Below are positions 9,601 through 20,408 of a DNA stretch of 64,000 nucleotides, in pieces (within the stretch, counting starts at the first letter, position 1; each line of letters opens with the position of its first letter). This DNA is from Podarcis erhardii (Eukaryota). The stretch lies in the NCBI GenBank assembly GCA_964252035.1, contig OZ176210.1; one strand, 5' to 3'. Made by a program: the position numbers and the translations under genes. Under the pieces are notes generated by a model, which was not told the origin of the DNA, ran no database searches, and saw only the letters and a program-made list of their open reading frames with translations.

Positions 9601-12468
9601 TTCTTTTCCGGAGGGCCCACCGCAAAGAAGAACGTGCCTCAGAGCAGCTCCAGCTTCAGCTTTTTCAACCTGACCTCCTTCCTGGATGACAAACCACCGG
9701 CAGCTTTTCCTGACAAGGGGAATATCGCAAAGCCACCTCAGCAGCAAGCCAGCAACCTGGGAAGGCCGCCTCAACAGCAAGCAGACGCAAAGCCATCTAT
9801 GAAGCAGTGTGTTTCTGTTGACTCTGGCATTGGACTTGCCAGACAGCAGGGCTTGAAGGATAAAGAGGCAGCGGCGGGTGTTATAGAAGCAGTACTTGGA
9901 AAGCAAGAGGCTGTTGGCCCGGAGCACAAGGCAAGTGAGTTAAGAACTCCTGCGGCTGAGCATGCTGCGGCAAGTGCTTCAGAAGTGAAAAATGAGGTAG
10001 AGATACCCTTTGTGGCCAGTAAACCTCCTGATGATGGCACAGATAGAGAAGACCACTCAGTCTATCCTGATCCTGGCTCTCAGGTCCCTACGCTGCAGGA
10101 AGACATCGCACCTTCCCTTCCGGAGATTCCACAACCAGAGGAGCAGCTGCAAGACAATGCAGAAAAGAGTGGTGGTATTGTGGTGTCCTCTGAGAAGGAA
10201 TTTGTTCCTTTAGTTGGGAACGAGACTTTTGAAAAGGCAGAGCCCGGTCCAGTTTGTGATGAGACCTCTGTGGCTCTTGAGCCATCTGCTGCTCCTGGAG
10301 ACCTTTCACAGGAGGCTGTACCTGAAGAAAAACCAAGCGCCCCTGAAGTCAAGCCCCCGGAGCCCAAGCAACCTGATAGGACCCCAAATACTGCAGGAGA
10401 GCAGCAGGCTCAGGGCCAGAGGCCTCTCCCTCAAATGGCAGCAGCAGCAACACCTAGCCTGCAGGAGAAACCTAAAGAACCTGAGGCTGACAAATCAGTT
10501 CTAGATTCCTCAGTTGAAATGTTTTCCAGCTTCATGACGAAGATGAAACCAACCAAAACATTATCTGGCTTCTTTTCCCAGCCCCAGACTCCAGCAGCTC
10601 CTAGTGCCCAAAAGAAGAGCACTTCGTTTTTCGGCCTTTCCTCCCTGCCCACTGGGCCTCCTCCAGCATTTACAAGCGATCTCTTTGGCATTTTTAAAGG
10701 AGCAACAGATGAGACCCTTTCAAAGCCTGCAGGGAGGACCACAGGCACTTCAAAACCCCAGGAAATGAGCTCCAGGGCAAAGGAGGCTGTGGGCCCAGTT
10801 CCTGGTAAAGGTCTCGCAAAACAAGATAAAGCCTCTAGGGATGAACTTTTAGGGACAAATGCCGGCAGTGTTTTGAAACAACCGGACCAAACCTATAGGG
10901 CTGAACCTACAGAGAAAGAAGCTAGCAGTGACTTGAAACAAGATGCCCCTTCTGCTTTAGCAGATGAGAGTTTGGGAAAAGAATGTAGGGCAGAATTGGA
11001 AGCTGAAAGCAGTGGCAGACCTGAACATGGTCTGGAACCCTCCCTTAATGCTTCAGAAACTTTAGACTCAAGTAGGGATCAGGGCCCTGAAGTGGTACAG
11101 CTGGACACAAACTTACTGGCATCTGATGAAGCAGGGAAGGCTGCCCTGTGTAGTCAAGAGGTACATGATGCAGTTGAGATGGTGGTGCTGCAGGAGAAGA
11201 GTGAAGTGCCTGTGGAGCCCTTAGAAAATGATGCTGTCCCTGCTGTTGAAGAGCAAGTGAGACCGGCAGGAGAAACAGAGGTTGGCCAAATGGATTTGGA
11301 CAGTACACATGAGCTGGAACCCAAGGTTGGTGAGGAAGATGAACACCTGAAACTGCCAGAACTGACGGATACTTCACTAACCACTGAAGAAGTAACTATA
11401 AAGAATGAGGCAGATGTTGATATTTGCCCACCAGACACGTTTGAGACCCTGGAGATGGAACCCAAAGCTGCTGCCGATGAGGCCCATGACTTGCCCCATC
11501 AGGATATAGAAAAGGTCCCTGAAATAAAATCTGATCTTCCTCCTGAGCAGAAAGAGCCTCTAACCATCAGCGAAGCAGCCCCAGAAGCTGCTCCCTTGAA
11601 AAGCAGTTTGGCTGGTAAGAGCAAGCCAGCCAGTGCTCCTACAGAGGCCAGCAGCACCAAGCCCATGTTTGAAATTCCAAGCATGCCCACTTTGCCCAAA
11701 TTCGGCTTCATGTCTTCTGCAGACAGCAGCAAGCCATTTGGCTCCTTCTTCTCTGCACAGCCGCCTTCGGCAAGCAAGCCTGCGCCTGAGCCAGGCCTCG
11801 TGTCCAGCTTCAACAAGTTTTCCTCAAGTCTGTTTGGTGGAGGAAGTGATGAGAAAGCAGGTAAAGTAGAGGGCACTCCGGGTGCTGTGTTTGGAAAGAA
11901 GCTGGACTTCTCATTTCCGTGGCAGAAAGATGCCAAGGAGCCAAGTCTCAAGAAGGAACCAGGTGTGCCAACACCAAAAGCTTCCTCCAAACAGGAGGTG
12001 GCCCCAATTGCTTCATCCAAACTAGATTTGAAGGCACCAGAAGCTGTCTCGAAAGCCGAGGAACAAGCAGTGGATGTGACCGGGGCTGATGGGAGCCCAA
12101 ACCTCTCTGCCTCTGACCAGCCAGCTGACAGTGCTGCTGATTCAGACCTTTCTTCTAAGCAGCCTGACAGCAAGAGCAATGAATGCTTTGATGGTCCCAC
12201 ACCTGACATTCCGGTGGCGCCCAACAAGGAGCTGGAGCTTGAGGTCTCCAGAGAAACGGAAGATGAGCCAAGCACCATTTCCAGTGAGCCTCCTGGGCTC
12301 CCTTTGGAGGAACCAGCAGAAGGTGCCACACAGGTTCTGGATGAAGTAGAGCAGAAGGAAAGTGTCCCTTGTCCAGAAACGGAAACACTTGCTACTGGAC
12401 TGCAGCCAGCGGAGCAGAGTAGCCCTGAGCCACTCAGGAAGAAAAGGCCAGTAGCCAAAACAGCATGA
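3621..12468 (+). CDS. UNC13B: UNC13B giant alternative exon (~8.85 kb, ~2950 codons), mostly low-complexity P/S/E/A/K-rich
   Basis: Uninterrupted ORF; strong pyrimidine tract and acceptor cacgtatcag at 3620, phase 2 and compatible with exon 1348-1570 (AIR|PGSLVSNGKVRIIP). The 3' boundary is unresolved: the ORF ends TGA TAA at 12466-12471. Confidence 0.85.
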
Positions 12469-12969
12469 TAAATGGTGCCAACTTGTGAGCCATTTATAAT
12501 GCAAGTGCCGTAACAGTAGATGCCTGACCTCGTAGATCAGACTCCTCTAGGCTGTGTTTGTCATTAGTAGTATCCAGTGGTAGGTAGAGTTGTGAACGCT
12601 AGTTGCTAGACTGCCCATCCAGAGCCCTTCCTGCCCTTCTCCTTCTCAACTTCTGGTTTCCTTTGTTCCAAAAGGCTGCAATGACTCTTCTCCTTTGCTC
12701 TCCGTTTGTGTTGTGTCCTTGTGAGTGAGCTGCTTTGAGTATTAGTTTCATTAACCTTCCATAGCCTAATTGTGTGCGTGAGAAAACAACTTGCACCTCT
12801 AGTTGACATGGTGGGAGGGAGGAAATCGGGGGCTCTCTTGGTTTGCAGAAAGCTTAGTTGGACAACATACAAGGCATTCACATTTTAAGGTGGGGGAGAG
12901 ACCCAGATGGCAGCAAAAGCTGTTTCAGGGGTTGCAGTTCAGTCACCTGCAGCATAACTTTTCTACGCC

Positions 12970-13194
12970 CAGAAGGGGATTCCGATGAAACATCAGATAA
13001 AAGCTTTCTGACAGTAGCAGCTGTTGAACAGACTCCCTGGGGAGTTGGTGGACTCTCCTTCCTTGGAGGTTTCTAAGCAGAGGTTGCCTGGCCATCTGTC
13101 ATGGATTCTTGAGCTGTGATTCCTGCATTTAGGGGGTTGGGCTGGATGACCCCTGGAGTCCCTTCCAACTCTGCCATGCTAAGATTCTGTGATT
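12970..13194 (+). mobile_element. CR1 LINE 3' end
   Basis: ggactctccttccttggaggtttctaagcagagg...gtcccttccaactct...attctgtgatt, the CR1 3' terminus with ATTCTRTG tail. Confidence 0.75.
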
Positions 13195-14516
13195 AAAACT
13201 TCCTCCCTCCCACCAGGAGGAGTTAAACATGGCCGTGGACTATTAAAGGGACTAATGCAGAAACATCCAGTTCTTGCTGCCCGGAAGCTGTTACTGCCCA
13301 GCTAACATGATTCAATTTTTCTCTATCAGCTGTATTCAGCGGCATTAGCTGAATGTGCTTTTCTGTGTTAGGCTGCAGGCATCTGGAGCCAATGAGGAGC
13401 TCCTTGGTGCCCCCATCAGGTCTCCAATCAAGATGATAACTGGTTTTCTGGTTTACCATTTCTCAAAAACATGCTTAATTGTTCCATATTGAAGAGAACT
13501 GCAGTGATTTCATGTTACAGCTATCAGTATATTAGTGACTTTTGCTCCCTGTTTACCCCTGTCCGGGGGATGATTGGGGTTGGTGTTCTTGCTGCCCCTC
13601 CCTAGTTACAGAACTGCTTGTCACTAAAATCATTGCTAAATCTGCACTCCTCACCCGCCATCTCTAGACAATTGGCCTAGCAGGGATCCTGCTTCAAGCT
13701 TTTCCCTTTCTGCCCAGCCTGTTTCCCAAGGAATAGATGGGATTTTCGCAGTGTAGCTGCCTTGGGTCCTCTTGCAGATGTCTCTGCCTATGTGGGCTGC
13801 CAAAAGCCAGGCGGCACTTAAATAGCGGCCCAGAAGCATTTGTGCCCCTTCCCTCTTAGAATTCCACAATGGAGAGAGAGCGTGTGGGTGTCTTGTTGAA
13901 TTAACAGCTCCTGGTGCAGTAACCCCAACCTTATAATAATCAGTCACTCCCAAGCAGCAACAGCAATGGGCCCATGTTGTGCTGGAAGACAGGGCTGATT
14001 TTTCTAAATGGCAGCTACAACAGGATCCATTCTCAGCCGCTGGAGAAACTTAAGAATGTGTTAATGAAATGGGAGTGAAGATGAAACCCTCATGTCCCAG
14101 AATCCAAGTTCAGTTGACATGCTGGGGGCAAACGTTGTAAGAAGGTGTTGCACTTAGCAGCTTAGAGGTTCAATATGCACAAAACTTTTGCTGCCATTCT
14201 TAATTTTCCTATGGCCTGTAAACAATTTATAGGATGCACAGCAGATGATGATATCTGTTTCTGATTGACATATCAATAGGGTCCAGAGGCTTAGGCCCAG
14301 CACAAAAATTGCAAACACAAATTTGGAAGTGGCGGGTGACTGAGAACAGTGGCTGCAATGTGCAAGAGACATTTTGCTTGGCTAGAGTTTCCATTTGATG
14401 CTTTGGCCTGGTGTAGTTAGGATTTGCGCGCTCTCTCTCTCTCTCTCTCTGCATGCATTCTGCTGTTTCCTGGTTGCCAAGACCTTTTGACTTACTAATG
14501 CTTTGCTCTCTCACAG

Positions 14517-14813
14517 TCCTGCCAGCAGTAGTAAGTTTGGTTCCTCCTGTAACATCAGTCAGGGAAGCTCTCAGCTGAGTGAGCTGGACCAATATCACGG
14601 GAGTGTGCCCGGCTCCGAACACGAGGACGAGCTCACAGAAGGGGTGCCTGCTGCTGCTCCTCCTCATTCAACAGAGGGCCCTGCACCATCTAGTGAGCAG
14701 CATGAGCCCCAGGAATTGCACAGGGAAGGAGAGGGGAAGGTGAAAGAGCAAGCCACACCTCAACTACCTCCTGAAGTGGACGAGCCCAAAGAAGCCACCA
14801 AGACACCGGGCAG
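14517..14813 (+). CDS. UNC13B: UNC13B exon (S)[27 protein letters not shown]...KTPG, phase 2 to 2
   Basis: Branch-like ttactaat, acceptor ctctcacag, donor GGCAG|gtaggt; matches Munc13-2 [28 protein letters not shown]. Confidence 0.93.
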
Positions 14814-14969
14814 GTAGGTGGTGCACGTTGGCCACGGATTCCTTGGAGTTGAACTTGAGGCCACTTTTCTGGTTGATCTTGGGAGAGACAAACAGGCTAT
14901 GGGTGTAGTGCCATACCTGGTTTTGAGTAGTCCACTGGTGTCTAGGGTCAGAAAGGGTGGGACAAACGT

Positions 14970-15239
14970 CATTAAATAAATATAATTAATCCTCCTCTTA
15001 GGTTAGGTTATGCTATGCTTCTAATAGGTTGTGTTATATTCTGGATTATGTATGTTTTAATAGATTATGTCTGAATAGGATGAGAGTGTTGGAGATACGT
15101 GCAAATGTGTATGTGAATCCGGTCTTGGGTGTTTGATTTTCGTTGTTGTGTATACTGTGTATATACGGACAATGACAATAAATTTATCTAATCTAATCTA
15201 ATCTAATCTAATCTAATCTAATCTAATCTAATCTAATCT
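14970..15239 (+). mobile_element. Probable LINE 3' UTR remnant ending in an (ATCTA)10 microsatellite tail
   Basis: TG-rich segment, then gacaatgacaataaa, then (ATCTA)n at 15186-15239. Layout resembles L2/Rex-Babar tails; family not determined. Confidence 0.5.
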
Positions 15240-15501
15240 TCATCATCATTTTACACCCATCTAGTGACTAATGGGGTGCATTCCTTACAGGGTTCTCTAC
15301 CACAGTCCCTGTTGGCCACACTTTCTGTTCTTTCCATGCCATTCTCTGTCTTTTGCTGGCCATCCCAGGTCTCTTGGGGCCAACTGTTCTCAGCATTTGT
15401 TCCCACCATTACAATAAATGGTTCTTTTCATGTGTTAAGTTTCATGAGACTGCTCTTGATTTTCCAGTGCTCATTTTTCCCTCGTTTTTCTTTTTTGCAA
15501 G

Positions 15502-15592
15502 TCACCTTGATGAAAACGAACTTCTCCTGCTTCCCGCTGCAAGAGCCCGCTGGATCCGAGCCATTAATAAAGTGCGGCTTCAGTTTGAAGAG
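15502..15592 (+). CDS. UNC13B: UNC13B exon with the ubMunc13-2 calmodulin-binding motif (AARARWIRAINKVRLQFEE)
   Basis: Acceptor ttttttgcaag, donor GAG|gtaggg, phase 2 to 0; W-x3-[AV]-x2-V CaM anchor of Munc13-1/ubMunc13-2. Confidence 0.95.
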
Positions 15593-16019
15593 GTAGGGTC
15601 CATGAAATGTCCCTCCCCCCATCCTTCCACCTGTGTCTGTGCTTGTAAACCTTGCCGTGACTTTTGTCTGAAGGTTGCTTTGCTTGTCTAAAGGAGACAC
15701 CGTTCTGGGGCAACTGCACAAATGGTGCATGTGCCCCTCTGGTACCAACAACTTGCTGAAGTTGACCGTGGTGGGCTTAATTTGCTGACCCCATGGCAGA
15801 GGGGTGCAGAACTTGTGCCCCACCAGATTTTGTTGGGCTCTTTCCTCAGCCCCAACAGCCAACAGGGCCGGGATTGTGGCGAAGTTGGAGCTCAGCGACA
15901 TCTTGGGGCACGAAGTTGGCTACCTGTGTTGTGTAGAAGAACCAGGATTATTTATGGAAGTGTTGTGTTGACATCACTGTTCCGCTGTGTCTGTAGTTTG
16001 TCTTCTGAGGCCCTTCTCT

Positions 16020-16110
16020 ATGTTCCCTTTCCCCAAAAGGTTCGGAGGGTGACAACACAAGAAAGGGCCTTTTTAGTCGTGGGTCCCCGTTTGTGGAATG
16101 CTCTCCCCAG
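16020..16110 (+). mobile_element. L2-type LINE ORF2 C-terminal remnant
   Basis: Translates QERAFLVVGPRLWNALP, the RAFS..AP.LWNSLP motif. Confidence 0.6.
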
Positions 16111-18111
16111 ATGCTTTCCCAACCCGTTGTGGGTGTGTGGGAGAGGAGACCCTTCCACGAACTACTGTGCTGCTCCTGGCCGCCTCCCGATTTCACTCCA
16201 GAGAGCACCCAGAAGCCGAGTGTTGTCTGAACAGGCCGGAGCAGAGAGTGGCAGCAGGTTCCCTCTCTGCGCCATTTTGTTGTTGACTTGTGCCACTTGG
16301 ATGCTGCCCTGGCCAGCAGAAGGCCATTGATGTGCCCCAGATCAAAATAGGCTCATGTTTGCAACCTTGTCGTTTTAGATGGATCAGAATTTACACAATG
16401 TCACTGGGCTCTTTCGAGAGTGGGCTTAGCATTGCAACTGTGTTGTTGAGGTATCACAAAAGGGTCCTTAGCAGCAATGATATTTTTCATGGAAAGGGGA
16501 AATCTGAGCTTAAAGTGGGGAAATGCAGGGTGGTAGTTTTAGGGAATTCTGCAAAATAAGAGCATACAAAAGAAGCACCTCGTCCACAAAGAGCACCTAG
16601 CTGACACTGATGCCAGGTTTTCTTAGCAGTTTCTCACGCACGGCAGAAACTGTGTTTTGCTACACAGAGTATCAAAACACTTTTGTAATTCTTAAGCAAG
16701 TCAGAAGCTTGTTGAGTTGAATTAAAAGATCCTGACGGGTATAAGAAATGTGAGATATTTTCAAAAAGCCGTCAACCCAAGAGTTTTAACAGAACAACCC
16801 GGCGAGTTTGTCTGTCTTCTGAAAAATGCTGCTTTGAATCATTTAGTGAATTGTTTTGAAAAGTAAAACTCTCGAGCGCTGGAGGCTTCTGTGCACAAAG
16901 AGAATTGGTGGTGTGTGAACGACAAGCGGCTCCTGATGGCTGCAAGCAGACCCCTCGTGCCTTCACGTGCGTGCCTCCCTCCGCCTGCTTTCTTGTGGGG
17001 CAGAGAAACTGGCAGGATGCACCGTGGAAAGCTTTTGCCACTGCGAGATGCTACACTGGCGTCTCTCCAGAAGCACCAAGGTTTTCTCTTGATGCGTCTC
17101 CTGGGAGCGGGAGATAGGAGTGGAGTACAAACTTGTCTGCGATGAGCAGGAAGGTTCCTTGCGTGCCTGTCAAGATTGGTACATTAACTCTTTTTCGTTA
17201 TTCTGGCTTGTGCTTGTGTTGTGTTTCACTGTTCACGGAAGAGAGTTGTATTCAGTAGCAGCAACAATAAGTTGGGTATCCCCCTTTGCATCTTCTATAA
17301 CCTTTTTTGGAAACTCTTATAGTTGCAATACTCATCCTCAATTGCACCCATTGCAGAGCTGTTCAGGATAGCAAACTATCATCCCAACAGGAATTTGGTT
17401 CCAGTGGAAATAGCATGTTTCAATAATGGACCTGGTGGAGTAGGCTCCATTCCTGAAATCGTTTGACCCAAACTGGAGCCTGGCAATTCAGTCATGCCCT
17501 CGCACATGTGTGTGACCCACATGGTCTGAGTCATCAGGCAAATCAAAGGTTTGGAACGTGGATGCCTTCTTTTGCTTTGGGCAGAGTCTGACTCCCCTGT
17601 GGGCCATGGGACACTCTTGAAATGCAAAGGTGCACACTGGTTAAAGGGTGAATTTCCCCCATTTTGGGGTTCTCCTCTGTTGCAAATGAACCTTAACCAG
17701 TCCTGGGTCAAATCGGGACTTGAAAGCTGTGAACGTTTGGCTGAAATCTTAATCCTTTCACACCAGATACGCTTGGAGTTCAGGCAAGCAAGCCAGACTG
17801 AATTTTGCTCTGCTGCGTTTGTCAGCAGCTGGTACCGCAGCTGTTGTGTGTGGAAAGCAAAACGGAGAAGGAGAGCCTTGTGTGTCTTGTAGATTTAAGT
17901 ACTATGAAGCGAAAGACTGGTCAGAGACACCGTTGTCTGTCTTGGAGTTGCAGGTTCCTGTGCGGGGCTTCTGGTGTGGAAACTTTACATCTAGAGTGCA
18001 AAATAACAAATATGTTTCACGTAGTGTAGAAAAGTCTATACATATGTAGTATTATTCTAAAAGTGTTATGTGGCATATACTTTTGACTTCCCTTTAAAAA
18101 AACTGTTTACA

Positions 18112-20178
18112 ACTGGCTTTCTACCAGGCAGGCAATTGTCAGACAATGTGAGGAATATTATAGACATTTTAGAACTTCTGGAAACTGACATAAATAGAAA
18201 AGCTGTTTTGATTTTTGTGGATGCAGAGAAAGCCTTTGACAATATTTGTTGGAGCTTTATGAAGAGGAATCTCCAAGGGATGGGGGTAGGCAAGAACTTT
18301 GAAAATGGTATAAGTGCAATTTACTCTGAGCAAAAGGCCAAACTAATTGTAAATGGTATGGTTATGGACGAAATTCCAATAGAGAAAGGGACACGACAGG
18401 GATGCCCAATTTCCCCTCTATTGTTTATATCGGTACTGGAGGTTTTCCTAAATATGATTAGAAGAGACCAGCTGGTTAAAGGTATACAGGTCGGAACTAA
18501 ACATTATAAGTTAAGAGCATTTGCAGATGATCTAGTCTTGACATTACAACAGCCAGAAACCAGTACAAAAAGAGTTCTGGAACTTATTGAAATATTTGGT
18601 CAGGTAGCAGGTTTTAAACTAAATAAACATAAGACAAAGGTGTTGGGAAAAAATCTTACGGTGGGGGAAAAAGATAGTTTTCAAAGAGAAACTGGTTTGG
18701 AAATTACTAAAAAGGTAAAATATCTGGGGGTGAATTTAACATCTAAGAATGTGAACCTATTTAAAGACAATTATGAGAAATGTTGGGCCGAAGTGAAGAA
18801 AGATTTCGACATATGGTCAAGATTGAGACTTTCCTTGTTAGGCCGAATTGCTGTTATTAAGATGAATGTATTGCCGAGATTGTTGTTTCTGTTCCAGACA
18901 TTGCAAATTCTAGATAAGATGGACTGTTTCAAGAAGTGGCAGAAAGACATATCTAAATTTGTCTGGCAGGGCAAAAAACCCAGAATAAAATTTAAGATTT
19001 TGACTGATGCAAAGGATAGAGGGGGCTTTGCCCTGCCGGACTTAAAACTTTATTATGAAGCAGCAGCTTTTTGCTGGCTGAAACCATGGCTACTTCTTGA
19101 GAATACAGACATTCTGGACCTGGAAGGTTATGATAATAGTTTTGGTTGGCATGCATATTTATGGTATGATAAGGTAAAGGTACATAGAAATTTTAAAAAC
19201 CATATTGTTAGGAAAGCATTGTATAATGTATGGAATCGATATAAAGATTTGCTTGAAAGTAAAACCCCCAGGTGGTTGTCACCAATGGAAGCCAAGGCGG
19301 TAAAAAGACTGAACATGGATACAGATTGGCCAAAATATTGTGAAATTATAGAATATGATGGTGAAAAGTTGAAACTACAGAGTTTTGAGAAATTGAAACC
19401 TAAAGTCCGAGATTGGTTACATTATTTCCAGATCAATGAAACTTTTAAGCAGGACAGAAAACTAGGATTTCAGAAGGAGAGGTCAAAATTAGAAACAGAA
19501 TTGCTAGAACCCAATACTAAGAATTTGTCTAGAATGTATAATCTGCTGCTAAAATGGAATACACAGGATGAAACGGTTAAATCAGCTATGATTAAGTGGG
19601 CACAGGATATTGGTCATGATATTATGTTTGCTGACTGGGAGCAGTTATGGACCACAGGTATTAAATTTACGGCATGCAGTGCCCTGAAAGAGAACATAAT
19701 GAAAATGATCTATAGGTGGTACATGACTCCAGTCAAGCTTGCAAAGATATATCATTTGCCCAATAACAATTGTTGGAAGTGCAATGAATGTGAAGGAACT
19801 TTTTATCACCTTTGGTGGACCTGCCCAAAGATTAAGGCCTACTGGGAAATGATCTATAATGAAATTAAGAAAATCCTTAAGTGGACATTTGTAAAGAAAC
19901 CGGAGGCTTTTCTCCTGGGCATGGTCGGCCAATTGGTACCAAAGAAAGATAGGACCTTTTTTATGTATGCAACAACAGCAGCAAGAATCCTTTTGGCGAA
20001 GTATTGGAAGACTAAAGAATTACCTACTCTGGAAGAATGGCAGACCAAGGTGACTGAATTTATGGGACTGGCAGAGATGACCGGCAGAATCCGTGACCAG
20101 AGGAAAGAGACAGTGGAGGAGGACTGGAAAAAATTTAAAATCTATCTTAAAAATTGTTGTAAAATTTCGGAATGTTAA
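18112..20178 (+). CDS. L1 ORF2p fragment: reverse transcriptase plus C-terminal CCHC knuckle, lacking the endonuclease
   Basis: Motifs GFLPGRQ, DAEKAFD, GTRQGCPISPLLF, AFADD, YLGVNLT and CWKCNECEGTFYHLWWTC; no stops or frameshifts. Confidence 0.92.
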   Translation, partial: TGFLPGRQLSDNVRNIIDILELLETDINRKAVLIFVDAEKAFDNICWSFMKRNLQGMGVGKNFENGISAIYSEQKAKLIVNGMVMDEIPIEKGTRQGCPISPLLFISVLEVFLNMIRRDQLVKGIQVGTKHYKLRAFADDLVLTLQQPETSTKRVLELIEIFGQVAGFKLNKHKTKVLGKNLTVGEKDSFQRETGLEITKKVKYLGVNLTSKNVNLFKDNYEKCWAEVKKDFDIWSRLRLSLLGRIAVIKMNVLPRLLFLFQTLQILDKMDCFKKWQKDISKFVWQGKKPRIKFKILTDAKDRGGFALPDLKLYYEAAAFCWLKPWLLLENTDILDLEGYDNSFGWHAYLWYDKVKVHRNFKNHIVRKALYNVWNRYKDLLESKTPRWLSPMEAKAVKRLNMDTDWPKYCEIIEYDGEKLKLQSFEKLKPKVRDWLHYFQINETFKQDRKLGFQKERSKLETELLEPNTKNLSRMYNLLLKWNTQDETVKSAMIKWAQDIGHDIMFADWEQLWTTGIKFTACSALKENIMKMIYRWYMTPVKLAKIYHLPNNNCWKCNECEGTFYHLWWTCPKIKAYWEMIYNEIKKILKWTFVKKPEAFLLGMVGQLVPKKDRTFFMYATTAARILLAKYWKTKELPTLEEWQTKVTEFMGLAEMTGRIRDQRKETVEEDWKKFKIYLKNCCKISEC

Positions 20179-20408
20179 GATGTCAAGGGATTGGATACAA
20201 AGAATTACAGCTATAAATTGAAATTTATAAAATAGAATTTTTTTTTTTTTTAAAGAGAACTAAATATAAAAATGGGATGAAGAATTGCTAAAAATTTTAA
20301 AATATGGGTGCAGGGAAGGGGAGGTTTGGGGAAGTCGTGTTATGTTTATTTGTTTTTTGTTTATGTTGTAAAATCAATAAAAATTATTTTAAAAAAAATA
20401 AAAAAAAT
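18112..20408 (+). mobile_element. 5'-truncated L1-clade LINE with intact partial ORF2, 3' UTR and A-rich tail
   Basis: 16-bp TSD AAAAAAACTGTTTACA at 18096-18111 and 20409-20424, target ttt/aaaa, AATAAA at 20376-20381, A-rich tail. Confidence 0.93.

Noticed and set aside
4239-12504. Many antisense and alternative-frame ORFs over the giant exon (e.g. 11499-12458, 4239-4895)
   Set aside because: Shadows of a long GC-rich, stop-poor coding exon; no independent motifs or splice logic.
14531-14536. GTAAGT inside exon 14517-14813
   Set aside because: Coding SSK; homology continues through it and its use would frameshift.
17826-17919. Possible 94-nt phase 0 to 1 exon (QLVPQLLCVESKTEK...)
   Set aside because: Weak pyrimidine tract, mediocre donor and no recognisable homology.
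18070-18111. N-terminus MAYTFDFPLKKLF of the 702-aa ORF
   Set aside because: Flanking DNA plus TSD that happens to be in frame with the truncated L1; not a real start.
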